From positions 1-64,000 of the IMG/VR virus record IMGVR_UViG_3300021958_008980: 64,000 nucleotides of DNA. One strand, 5' to 3'. The stretch is from a virus (lineage: Duplodnaviria; Caudoviricetes). A program made the translations under genes and the position numbers. The notes beneath the pieces are model-generated. The model searched no databases. It worked only from the letters and a program-made list of their open reading frames with translations, and was not told the DNA's origin. Shown one piece after another: positions 35,594-45,011 of this stretch; positions within the stretch are counted from its first letter, which is position 1; each line of letters opens with the position of its first letter.

Positions 35594-36863
35594 TTTTAAA
35601 TCTTTCTTTTAACCAATCTAATTCATACGACAACATCAAAGCATCATGATCATCCTTGTGTTTTTCGTAGTATGTGACTGCGTCTGTGGCACCTTTCTGT
35701 ACAAAGTCTGCGTAATTACCTTTTCCCAACAGACACCATTTCCGTAGCCTGTACTGTGATTCCACCGTCGGTTTCATTTTGCACAACTTCAACACTTCTC
35801 TAAAAGCCACACGCCAACTTATTTCTGGTGTTTGATTGAAATGGCTAGTACCACTCAGAATCGGAACAACTGTGTGTGGTTGTGACAATGTGAAATCCAA
35901 TCCAGGATTAAGTGTCGCCAAACACAGTTGTTTGTTGTAAAGAAGCACTGCCCTGTGTCCATACTCCAATCCAGTGACCGGATTTTTAGCATGGAATATA
36001 TAGTGACACGGATTCTTTAGCCTGTCCGGTTGGAAACTGAAATCAAAACTGTCTTCTAATTCTATTGTTGGGAACACAGCGAAAAAGTAATCTGTTTCAC
36101 TCAATTGTGCCGCGGCATGGTACGCCTTAGTCCTTCCTTTGATACCTTGTATGCGTTTGGCCCTTGGGTATTTGTCTTTAAGAACTTCCCAATATTTTTC
36201 TGCACTTGGTTCATCATAGGACAAAAACACAATGTCCATTGGTTTCACATCATACTCAAGGTCATAATGCACGTGTCTATCTATTTCATAAAACTGTTCT
36301 AGGTCTTTGCCACCTGGTAACAACATAATATCTTTGGTTTCTCCCCAGGTATACATTTTTAAGTCTTCCCAAAAACTAGGATAGAAATCGGGCGTGGCTG
36401 TTTGGCAATCCTTGTTGATCAACCATGTGTAAAACTTATCAGATCCTTTGTAAGCACCCAACGGGTCTCCCAGATCGAATTCGAGTTTGCCAATGGGCCT
36501 TTGCCACAAAGTTGGTTCATAATGGTAATTTATATAATTAAAATCACGTAGGAAATTTATTTCTTTCAACTGCTTTTTGAATTCATTTGTTGGCACCAAC
36601 ATCACATTTCCTTCTTGATTCAAGCCGGCTGTGTGCCATACGTGCAATTGGTTCTCTTCGTATAATTCAGGAATGTAATCAAGATCCATTTTGGACAAGT
36701 CAACAAAATTTGAGAAGAACCAGAAATGGTCTGTCTTGACATCGTTTATGACACTTTTAAGTATTTCAAAATAACTTCCTATGAAAGGCACCACCCGAGT
36801 GTTCGCAAATGGGGATTCGATGTTCTCAACATCTTTGAACCTAACTTGGATGCTATCAAACAT
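35583..36863 (-). CDS. glycosyltransferase-like protein (two degenerate GT-A-like repeats)
   Basis: C-terminal half DIVFLSYDEP...AKRIQG...HAAA...TDYFFAV aligns by eye with 48977..49873. Confidence 0.65.
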   Translation of the reverse strand: MFDSIQVRFKDVENIESPFANTRVVPFIGSYFEILKSVINDVKTDHFWFFSNFVDLSKMDLDYIPELYEENQLHVWHTAGLNQEGNVMLVPTNEFKKQLKEINFLRDFNYINYHYEPTLWQRPIGKLEFDLGDPLGAYKGSDKFYTWLINKDCQTATPDFYPSFWEDLKMYTWGETKDIMLLPGGKDLEQFYEIDRHVHYDLEYDVKPMDIVFLSYDEPSAEKYWEVLKDKYPRAKRIQGIKGRTKAYHAAAQLSETDYFFAVFPTIELEDSFDFSFQPDRLKNPCHYIFHAKNPVTGLEYGHRAVLLYNKQLCLATLNPGLDFTLSQPHTVVPILSGTSHFNQTPEISWRVAFREVLKLCKMKPTVESQYRLRKWCLLGKGNYADFVQKGATDAVTYYEKHKDDHDALMLSYELDWLKERFKTIS

Positions 36864-37914
36864 ATATAAACTCCTTTATTTTTTCACATACATAGTCAAC
36901 TTCTCTTGTTGTCAGATGTGGATAAATTGGAAGGCTGATTGCCTTTGCACAAAGTTTTTCTGCATTTGGATACATGCCTACATTTTTTGTGTCCAATATT
37001 TTTGGGTAATGTACTTTTGTTTCTATACCTTTTGTTTCCAAGAAATTTTTTAATTCATCTCTCCTGTCAGTTAGAATAACCAATTTGTGATTGCTGGATT
37101 CGGTGTTTGGTCCTGCACACACTATTTGTACTTCTGTAAGATTTTTATGATATCTCTTACACAACTTTGCTCTAGAACTTTGTAACCTATCAAATTTTTG
37201 TAATAGCAATAATAGTTGACAAGCATGATCTTCGGATATAAGACTGTTGTAACCATAGGTGTGTTTGCCACTAACACCATGTCTTCGTAAGGACAAAACA
37301 TTATCGCGTATTTCCTTGCTGTCGGTAAGCACCATACCACCACCACCAAAACTAGGCATGTTCTTCATAGGATCAAAACTAAACACGCTGACATCTCCCA
37401 ATGCACCTGATGGTATCTTTCCGTACATGGCGCCCTGTGACTGTGCGGCGTCTTCTATGAGAGGTATCCGGTGTGTATCACAATATTTCCTCAGCCTTTG
37501 ATAGTTTGCAGGGTTTCCGAACATGTTTACATACAACACCGCGTCTGGTAATCCTTGACCTTGCCAATCACCAATGTTGCCATTTTCGTCTGTATCAACG
37601 AAATGAATATCTGCACCCAAGCGTTTTATTGCTCCTGACGTGGCAATGTAACTGAATGCTGGACAGATTATTGTGTTGTCTTTGTTCAATCCCACGGCTC
37701 TCATGGCAAAGTATAAACCATCAGTAGCACTGCCTACTCCAACTGCATACTTTCTTTTGTATTTTTTTGCAATCTTTTGCTCTAACTCTTTAAGGAATTT
37801 TCCTTGTAGCACATCACCAGATTCCCATACCGCTTTGGCTCTTCTTGCAAGACGCCAACTGTAATCGTCATACAGCCTGTCAACACCATTAAATTTTATT
37901 TTGTAACCATTCAT
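36856..37914 (-). CDS. DegT/DnrJ/EryC1/StrS PLP-dependent sugar aminotransferase
   Basis: VGSATDGL, IEDAAQS, FSFDPMKN, GGGG, LSLPIYPHL; likely ATG at 37914. Confidence 0.93.
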   Translation of the reverse strand: MNGYKIKFNGVDRLYDDYSWRLARRAKAVWESGDVLQGKFLKELEQKIAKKYKRKYAVGVGSATDGLYFAMRAVGLNKDNTIICPAFSYIATSGAIKRLGADIHFVDTDENGNIGDWQGQGLPDAVLYVNMFGNPANYQRLRKYCDTHRIPLIEDAAQSQGAMYGKIPSGALGDVSVFSFDPMKNMPSFGGGGMVLTDSKEIRDNVLSLRRHGVSGKHTYGYNSLISEDHACQLLLLLQKFDRLQSSRAKLCKRYHKNLTEVQIVCAGPNTESSNHKLVILTDRRDELKNFLETKGIETKVHYPKILDTKNVGMYPNAEKLCAKAISLPIYPHLTTREVDYVCEKIKEFIYV

Positions 37915-38839
37915 AATAATTTTCAAGTCCTTGTCTAAACGACACCTGTGGAACGTACTCTAATAGATCTTTTGCACGTGATATGTCCAGTGTTCCCCTC
38001 ATAGGGTAAAGGCTTTGCATTCCAATGTCGTTGATGTCTGATTCACTACCGGTTATATCAATAATTGTTTCCGCTAGTGTTCTCAGGCTTGATGCATTGC
38101 CGGCTGTAATATTAAAACTGGTGTTTGCCACATCAGAATTTGCCGCTCTAATTATTCCATCGGCCGCATCATCTCTGTAAGTGAAATCAACTTTGTTCTC
38201 ACCATTGTGTAAAGTGATTGTTTCATTGTTCATGGCCTTTGCAAAAAACTTAGAAACTACTCTGTCTGGAAGATCTCCAGGACCATAAACACCACTTGGA
38301 CGCACGATTATGTAATTCAACCCATCACGTTTTGCAAATAATTTTGTAAGTCTCTCTCCAGTAAGTTTTGCTTCTCCGTATATGTTTGTAGGTTTAGTAT
38401 TTGACTCTTCCCTTGTTCCGTCGACAAAATCTCCATACACCATGCTACTGCTGACGTACACAAATTTTTTTGTGTTGAATTGTGTTGCGTGCCACAACAG
38501 ATTAGTTGTTGTGCCAATCACTTTTGGTATTCCATTGATTGGATCTTGATCAACTATTTTTGCTCTAGGATATGTTGCTAGATGTATGACAATGTCAGGA
38601 TTATATTTGAAGGCCTTCAGACACACCATCCTATCTAATATGTCTCCGTCGATGATATGCACTTTGTCTTTTTTCCAATTACGTGTTCTCCATTCTATAA
38701 GTGCGTCAAGATTTTCTTTGGTTATAATATCGTAAGTGTCTTTGTTATCAATACACTGAATGCTGTGTCCTTCGTTTGAAAGTTTCTCTATTATCTTGCT
38801 TCCTATAAATCCCAGTCCGCCCGTGATCAAATATTTCAT
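37889..38839 (-). CDS. NAD-dependent sugar epimerase/dehydratase (extended SDR)
   Basis: ITGGLGFIG, HLA, YVSSSMVYG, YGEAK, VDFTY; ATG at 38839. Confidence 0.92.
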   Translation of the reverse strand: MKYLITGGLGFIGSKIIEKLSNEGHSIQCIDNKDTYDIITKENLDALIEWRTRNWKKDKVHIIDGDILDRMVCLKAFKYNPDIVIHLATYPRAKIVDQDPINGIPKVIGTTTNLLWHATQFNTKKFVYVSSSMVYGDFVDGTREESNTKPTNIYGEAKLTGERLTKLFAKRDGLNYIIVRPSGVYGPGDLPDRVVSKFFAKAMNNETITLHNGENKVDFTYRDDAADGIIRAANSDVANTSFNITAGNASSLRTLAETIIDITGSESDINDIGMQSLYPMRGTLDISRAKDLLEYVPQVSFRQGLENYYEWLQNKI

Positions 38840-38988
38840 CAAAACTCCTTCTTTATTCCTAGTTGTGGATTCTCCACACAACTGTCTTTGATTTCCTTCA
38901 TTGTTTCCTTGTTTAGATCCACGTCACAACTCGCACTGGGTTTTATTCCGCAACCTGCTAACAACACGAACATTATCAAATATTTCAT
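38839..38988 (-). CDS. 49-aa lipoprotein (below the ORF-track cutoff)
   Basis: MKYLIMFVLLAGC lipobox; ATGA overlaps at both ends. Confidence 0.7.
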   Translation of the reverse strand: MKYLIMFVLLAGCGIKPSASCDVDLNKETMKEIKDSCVENPQLGIKKEF

Positions 38989-40457
38989 CCCAATACCTTT
39001 ACACCGTATTTGTTGGTAAATGCTTTACCATCTTGTCTATCATTTACAATTGGTTGTCCTTTTATGTTCAAACTGGTGTTGAGAAGTATGGGGCAACCCG
39101 TCTGTCGTTTCCATTCCGTGAGCAGTGCGTGGAACCCTGGATTATCCGTTTTTCGCACCGTTTGTACCCTAGAAGTGTGATCGTGGTGTATTATAGCAGG
39201 AAACTCTTTACCATGCGTACACGCCGCTGTAAATTGCATATAAGGGGTGTTTTTGACTGCTTTAGGTAGCTCAAAATAGTCGTTTACATCCTCTTCCAAT
39301 ATGGCAGGAGCGAACGGTCTAAACTTCTGTCTTTTCTTTATACTGTTTACCAGATCCTTGATGTCCTCACCCCGCGGGTCAGCCAACAGTGATCTATTAC
39401 CAAGTGCCCTAGGACCAAACTCCGCCCTACCACTTGCAACTCCCACCATTTTGTTTTCCTTTAATTCTTTTATCAGCGCATCAACCGGATACTCACCTTC
39501 TATGTTGTGTCCCAGGAATGGGTGTTGCCAATCAAGATGTCTTTTCTCATGAGCGGCAATACAGCCTAGGCTGGATCCTGCGTCTCCGGGATTTGGAATT
39601 ATCCATATGTTGTCAAACATTCCCATGTTTGCCAGCACCCTGTTAGCGGCACAATTAAGTGCCACACCACCTGCATACACCAAGTTCCTACTGCCATACT
39701 TGGATGCCCTGGTCCATAGGTCTGCCAGCAGTTCTTCCGTCACTGCCTGTATGCTGGCCGCTATGTCCATTACGTCTGCGTTAGGTTCCCAATCACTGAG
39801 ACCCCTGTGTAGATTCTGTTTCAGTTTGAAGGGTGATTGTTCTACGAATTCATCATATATCTTCTGTTTGTACTTTGGTTGTCCGTATGCCGCCATGCCC
39901 ATAAGGATGTATTCCTCTTCAGCAGGTTTTAGACCACAACGATGTGTGAATGCACTGTAGAGTATTCCAATGCTGTGTGGATACTGAATTGTTTCTTTAC
40001 GTTCAATCCAAATTTTTTCAGCAGTCGATATGGACACAGTGTCCCACTCACCAATAGCATCTACTGTGAGTATTGTTGCACCTTCGTCCTTGAATGGTGA
40101 AGTGAAGTAACCGGCCGCGGCGTGTGAGTCGTGATGCTTCACGTACTCATCTATCTTTATGCCAAAGTGGTCAAGGTGCCATTGTGGCATCTCTGTGTAA
40201 CTCATTGCCAGTCCATATTGTCCTGCGTAGAACTGTCTCGCCTTCTTGAGCAAAGGTTTTTCATAGTAAACGACCTTATCGAATGGACCATGTGTCATTG
40301 CCTCGTCCACTATCATCTGATTGAGGTAATGATCATTCTTGACTTTAGAATATCTCTCTGCGTGTGCGGCCCATAATATTTTTCCTATGCCTCCGCTGTA
40401 ATCTACAACGGCCATGGCGGCATCATGATTCATGCAGTTTATTCCTAGTATTCTCAT
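38985..40457 (-). CDS. O-carbamoyltransferase (NodU/CmcH/TobZ family)
   Basis: HDAA, AERYSKVK, HHDSH, VDAIGE, GGVALN, GDAG, GPRALGNRS, RPFAP, LNTSLN; ATG at 40457. Confidence 0.95.
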   Translation of the reverse strand: MRILGINCMNHDAAMAVVDYSGGIGKILWAAHAERYSKVKNDHYLNQMIVDEAMTHGPFDKVVYYEKPLLKKARQFYAGQYGLAMSYTEMPQWHLDHFGIKIDEYVKHHDSHAAAGYFTSPFKDEGATILTVDAIGEWDTVSISTAEKIWIERKETIQYPHSIGILYSAFTHRCGLKPAEEEYILMGMAAYGQPKYKQKIYDEFVEQSPFKLKQNLHRGLSDWEPNADVMDIAASIQAVTEELLADLWTRASKYGSRNLVYAGGVALNCAANRVLANMGMFDNIWIIPNPGDAGSSLGCIAAHEKRHLDWQHPFLGHNIEGEYPVDALIKELKENKMVGVASGRAEFGPRALGNRSLLADPRGEDIKDLVNSIKKRQKFRPFAPAILEEDVNDYFELPKAVKNTPYMQFTAACTHGKEFPAIIHHDHTSRVQTVRKTDNPGFHALLTEWKRQTGCPILLNTSLNIKGQPIVNDRQDGKAFTNKYGVKVLG

Positions 40458-40888
40458 CTGTGAGGACCCATATTTCCGTGTTTGTCTTGTATGTCTTGCT
40501 TGATTAGATATGCCCACATGTTGGCTTCTTGATGTGTTACTCTAAAATCATAAGTCGAGGGTTTTTGAAACATCTTGTTTGTGTCCTCAAACCTTCCTTC
40601 CTTTATTGTGTCCATCCAAACTGTGTAATCTGCTTTGAACTGTTTCCTTGTTTCTTCAGTTGGGCACACAAAATCGGCCACAACATTTCTATTCCTGTCA
40701 ACGGCCTCTTCAGCAAGAGTCCACATGCGTAGTGATTGTCTCTTTCTACCCTCTTCCGAGAAGTCCCAATCATCTGCTTCTTTTCTCACTACATCTGCGT
40801 TAATCCATACTGCATTGAACATCGGTGCAAGTAATTTCGCCAATGTTGTTTTGCCTGATCCTGGAAGTCCCATAATTAATATCTTCAT
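40454..40888 (-). CDS. adenylylsulfate-kinase (CysC)-like P-loop kinase
   Basis: GLPGSGKT, NADVVR...DFSEEGRKRQ, VADFVCP; ATG at 40888. Confidence 0.75.
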   Translation of the reverse strand: MKILIMGLPGSGKTTLAKLLAPMFNAVWINADVVRKEADDWDFSEEGRKRQSLRMWTLAEEAVDRNRNVVADFVCPTEETRKQFKADYTVWMDTIKEGRFEDTNKMFQKPSTYDFRVTHQEANMWAYLIKQDIQDKHGNMGPHR

Positions 40889-41562
40889 TTTACTTTCAAG
40901 AATCCTTTTGCTTTTACAAGTGCTGTTTCCCAATCTTCAAGAGTTATATCGTATTCAAAGTTTTGTGTCTTATCATTTACTTGTAACTCCTTTGCTCCAT
41001 TTTTTATATGGAAGTTCCTGGCCATATCCGTCAAGGGCGAAAGCGTGATCAACCTATTGAGGTGGTTTGACTTCTTGACCATCTTGTACACTTCGTTGAC
41101 AATGGCACGTCCGCCTCCCTTTTTCTTGGCCCATACCGTGTATGCTATCGCCATCGAACCTTGCACACCTGCCCTGTGTATAGATTGCAGTGCGGCATCA
41201 TAACTCATCTCTTCCATCTCTTCCACTGTCCTTGGCACGTCATTTGTGAACGCGAAACACATTATCGCGGCTATCTCACCAACATCGTCCTTCAAGCCGT
41301 AAATCTTCCTTCCGTATGATTGTCTGAATTGTAAGTCAAGTTCAGGACGCACAGGATCTTCCTTGACGTCTATGTAAGGCAATTCAACAAGTTCATACTT
41401 GGCTTCTTTGATTTTCTGCTTGGTGTATGCTTCTAAACTTTTGTAATTTTTATTTGTGTATGATTGTAACTGTGAAAATTTCTCCAAGAGTCCAGTAACG
41501 GATGGATGTTCCTTCCATCGTTCCAAAACTTCTTTCAGTTTTTCTCTATTGAGTATTTCCAT
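40885..41562 (-). CDS. hypothetical protein, possible GNAT-like fold
   Basis: AIAYTVWAKKKGGGRAIV...LITLSP. Confidence 0.55.
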   Translation of the reverse strand: MEILNREKLKEVLERWKEHPSVTGLLEKFSQLQSYTNKNYKSLEAYTKQKIKEAKYELVELPYIDVKEDPVRPELDLQFRQSYGRKIYGLKDDVGEIAAIMCFAFTNDVPRTVEEMEEMSYDAALQSIHRAGVQGSMAIAYTVWAKKKGGGRAIVNEVYKMVKKSNHLNRLITLSPLTDMARNFHIKNGAKELQVNDKTQNFEYDITLEDWETALVKAKGFLKVK

Positions 41563-41565
41563 TTC

Positions 41566-41670
41566 TTATTTGTATATGAATGGGTCTTTCTTTTTTAGTT
41601 CTTTCAATCTTTTCCTGTACTTGATCTCTTGCTTGATCTTGTTAATAAGATTTTTTATCCAAGTGAACAT
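41566..41670 (-). CDS. 34-aa basic peptide
   Basis: MFTWIKNLINKIKQEIKYRKRLKELKKKDPFIYK; GAGGA RBS; TAATG overlap. Confidence 0.6.
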   Translation of the reverse strand: MFTWIKNLINKIKQEIKYRKRLKELKKKDPFIYK

Positions 41671-42464
41671 TATTTTCCTCCTATCAGTTTGTTAAAAGTT
41701 GGTAACATTAATTGTACGGCATCCTCGTGTGCCTTGTCAAGCGGATGTGTTGTGGCATATTCATAATGATTTAGACTGGCCCATTGGTTGAATCCCATCA
41801 TACGCTCTCCAAATGAAAACCATTTGGTAAGATCTATCTCGTCATGTAGACCTGTCATGAGAGAATCTATGTTCTTCATGTGTGCTTCGTAATCATAGAA
41901 CAGGCTGTTGTCAGCAAGAGTAAACATGTATGGAATGTTTTTCTTCTCCAAAATGTTCTGCAACCATATTATGCTCTTCCAACTGAGATAGGCTTCATGG
42001 TACATGTTGGCCGCGTACTTGTATATTGCTTCTGCGAAGGGACCGGTGCCATTGTGTTTGGCTATCTCCCTCCTTTCATTCCAAAGTTGCATTTGGTAGT
42101 CATCATTTTGCAATTTTTCAAATACCCTTCCTTGATCTTTTTCCGTATCCCAAGGCGACAGGCTGGCCCATCTTGCTGATTCAAGCGAACCATGGCGCTT
42201 CATTGCCCAGTCGTATCTTGAAAGGAAACTCCACATCACCACCACACAATCAACTTCATCCTTTGAAATTTCATGAAACACCCTACGTGCTATTCCACAA
42301 TTTCCTAATCCTCCCCTGGCTGTGTTAATAAACGTACTGCCACTGTCTCTAATTTTATGTAAGTGACTGCTCCACGTCTTTTGTGATGGCAAGCCGGGTG
42401 TGTCATCACTGAGTTCATGCCCCCAAGTGAAACTGCAACCTCCTGCTATAAATCTTTTAGTCAT
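41670..42464 (-). CDS. SGNH/GDSL-like esterase or acyltransferase
   Basis: GGCSFTWG (block I), GGLGN, VVVMWS, HPLDKAH. Confidence 0.7.
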   Translation of the reverse strand: MTKRFIAGGCSFTWGHELSDDTPGLPSQKTWSSHLHKIRDSGSTFINTARGGLGNCGIARRVFHEISKDEVDCVVVMWSFLSRYDWAMKRHGSLESARWASLSPWDTEKDQGRVFEKLQNDDYQMQLWNERREIAKHNGTGPFAEAIYKYAANMYHEAYLSWKSIIWLQNILEKKNIPYMFTLADNSLFYDYEAHMKNIDSLMTGLHDEIDLTKWFSFGERMMGFNQWASLNHYEYATTHPLDKAHEDAVQLMLPTFNKLIGGK

Positions 42465-43623
42465 ATATTTGTAAAACTTTATTTAAAAGCGGAAAAACTT
42501 CTCCAAAATTTTCTTTCCTGTACTGATCTGTTTGCAGTATACGAGACTTACGTCTTTCCCTGATGTCCGGTGTGTCTCTGTCCTGAGAATTCATAAAACG
42601 CAGTGTTGGCTGAAAATCAGTCAACATGTTGTACCTACTGTTTACTATGTTCTTAACTTGCTTAGGTAATGTTTGCACATTGAAATAATCTGGATCAAAG
42701 CATGTGTTCACATAGAAAAATTTTGGCTGGTACTGAGCCACCCATAGAGATATCTTTGCAAGATTAAAGATATTAAATATTGACACAGTAGAACATATCT
42801 GGAAGTCCATGTTAGGAGTCTGCTGTTCTTTAAATTTTACTAGGTTGGCATTAACTTCTCTCCAGTTGGCAGGATGTCTTTGATACTCGAAGGGCTCTCC
42901 AACATCGTCTATACTGAAAGCAATTTCGACATGTTTGAAATAACTCCATAGGTCAAATATTTCCTGTGGTGGGAGTTGCGTGCCGTTTGTGTTGTAATGA
43001 ATGTCTATGTTCTTGGCATATCCCTTCTCCACACAGTGCATCAATATCTTGAAGTGATCCTTGATCATGAATGGTTCACCACCAGTGAACTCGAAATACT
43101 CTACGTGCTTGAGATCTTCCTGCAACTCGTCAAAAAACTGTGGATTACGTTTTGGCCAACCGCCCTCACGCAGATTCTTCCTGGCAACTGGATTTTCCCC
43201 ATAATCAAGTTCCTCTTGAGCCCATTTTGAAGAACTCCATGATCCACAGATTCTACACTTGAGGTTACACACGTTACCTAACTTAAAGTCTATAAATTTC
43301 AGCGTTGGCTCGCTGTTAGGTGTCCAGTCCGTTAAACTTTTCTTCATTTTGTAAATTGAATTTTGTCTCTTTGAAGTTTTTCCTGCATTTTCTTCCTGCC
43401 AGCAACTTTGGCAACCTTCAGGACGTGCTCCGTCACGGAATTGGCCTCGCAGTGTTTCCATGAAATTAGAGTGCTGTATAGATTTAAGGCTCTGTTTGTA
43501 GACTTTTACATCGGGGACATTGCCCTTGTACAAACAGCATGGAGATGCGCCGCCATTTACATCGACTTCGAGATGTGTCCAAGGCAAAGGACACACATTG
43601 GATTTTATATACTTTTCCACCAT
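42457..43623 (-). CDS. radical SAM protein with N-terminal twitch/SPASM-like domain
   Basis: CPLPW...PCC...CQSC; CNLKCRIC; GGEP. Confidence 0.92.
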   Translation of the reverse strand: MVEKYIKSNVCPLPWTHLEVDVNGGASPCCLYKGNVPDVKVYKQSLKSIQHSNFMETLRGQFRDGARPEGCQSCWQEENAGKTSKRQNSIYKMKKSLTDWTPNSEPTLKFIDFKLGNVCNLKCRICGSWSSSKWAQEELDYGENPVARKNLREGGWPKRNPQFFDELQEDLKHVEYFEFTGGEPFMIKDHFKILMHCVEKGYAKNIDIHYNTNGTQLPPQEIFDLWSYFKHVEIAFSIDDVGEPFEYQRHPANWREVNANLVKFKEQQTPNMDFQICSTVSIFNIFNLAKISLWVAQYQPKFFYVNTCFDPDYFNVQTLPKQVKNIVNSRYNMLTDFQPTLRFMNSQDRDTPDIRERRKSRILQTDQYRKENFGEVFPLLNKVLQIYD

Positions 43624-45011
43624 TCTAAGATTTCCGGTTCCTTTGCTAATATTTTTTTGATGTCGGTTCCACGTATACTATCCAATCTTTCACATTCATT
43701 TTTACCGTGCCTCCAACCCTTTTCGCAGGTTTCCCTGTCGTATCTTTCATCGTTAGTGGCATGGCTCTTGATGTCATGTAGGCCTTCGAGGAATGCCATG
43801 TTGAAAACACTCTTTTTTTCATCCTTGTATTTGTGTATCAACTTATCAAGTACAAGGTTTAATAACTTTCTCGGCAACCATAAAGGGCTCATAAAAATTT
43901 CTGGACTGAATGTAAAAACTTTTTTGCACAGCAACGGTACCTGTAAATCTTTTTGTAGTTCATGCATGTTTTCCAGATCAAAAAGGCCTGGCATGGTTAC
44001 AGTCAGGTCTAGTTGCAGTTGTCTAGGATGTTTCATAAATTTTCTAGCATACCTCATATTTTCCAACCACTCGTCATACTTGAGTCCTGTTCTAATATAT
44101 TCTCCTATCTCGCCGGTGCCGTCGATGCTGGCATTTATTTGCCAATCTTTGAATTTTGATAGCACGTCATCGAACAAATTTTTCCCAAAGAATTCTATTC
44201 TGCTCATGTTCGAATTATACCTTGCAAACACACTGTCAGCATATCCAAGTTCTATTACACGTTGCATGGCTGTCCAGTGTATTTTCCACATCAAAGGTTC
44301 ACCGCCACACCAGTAAAATTCTTTAATTGTTTTGTTCTCAACTGCTTCCATAAATTCTTTGACAACGTGTTGATCATGGAATTTCTGTAATTGTTCTTTG
44401 ATGTCTTTCCTACCCCATATATCTTTTGTTTCGTACCTGTCTGCTCTCCCATGCTTTCTGTTCTCTGCCTCCCAACTGCTTGAAAGCATATCACCGCACA
44501 TTCTACATGAAAAATTACATAAATTAGAAAACCTGTAGTCCCAACTTGTAACTTTCATAGTGGTGGCACCTGTATCATCTGTTGATTCAAACGCTTCGTC
44601 TATTTGGCCAGCGTAGAACCTGTTAAAATGCTGTCTATAAACTTGAGAGTTAAGCAGTTTGTGGTTACAAGTGGCGCATTGTGGTATTTCTTTTCCGGCC
44701 AAGAGTTTTAATCTTATACTTTTCATGTACTCCGAATTCCAGTGTTCATCCAGAGTTTGCAAGTTTATTTTTCTGTTCTCTCCGTTTTTTTTAAGTTCAG
44801 AAGTGGTATCTATGTACTGTTTGAAATTTTTAGATTCTTCTCTCGAGGCACAACACAACCTTCTCTCCATCTGTGGTGATATGTAGGTGTGCGTCCACGG
44901 CGCCATACAAAATGTCTTGTTACCTTCACTTGGTTTTATCCTTTTATTTGAAGTGACAACTATTCCCTGCCTTGGCCAACGTTCTTCTGCAGTCGGAAAT
45001 CTATTTTTCAT
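43605..45011 (-). CDS. radical SAM protein with N-terminal twitch/SPASM-like domain
   Basis: CMAPW...LCC...CATC; CNFSCRMC; GGEP; likely ATG at 45011. Confidence 0.92.
   Translation of the reverse strand: MKNRFPTAEERWPRQGIVVTSNKRIKPSEGNKTFCMAPWTHTYISPQMERRLCCASREESKNFKQYIDTTSELKKNGENRKINLQTLDEHWNSEYMKSIRLKLLAGKEIPQCATCNHKLLNSQVYRQHFNRFYAGQIDEAFESTDDTGATTMKVTSWDYRFSNLCNFSCRMCGDMLSSSWEAENRKHGRADRYETKDIWGRKDIKEQLQKFHDQHVVKEFMEAVENKTIKEFYWCGGEPLMWKIHWTAMQRVIELGYADSVFARYNSNMSRIEFFGKNLFDDVLSKFKDWQINASIDGTGEIGEYIRTGLKYDEWLENMRYARKFMKHPRQLQLDLTVTMPGLFDLENMHELQKDLQVPLLCKKVFTFSPEIFMSPLWLPRKLLNLVLDKLIHKYKDEKKSVFNMAFLEGLHDIKSHATNDERYDRETCEKGWRHGKNECERLDSIRGTDIKKILAKEPEILEWWKSI

Noticed and set aside
43408-44316. 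Long antisense ORFs (302 aa here; also 56605..57267, 57917..58711, 49443..50042)
   Set aside because: They are shadows of well-supported - strand genes, with no motifs, RBS or promoter.
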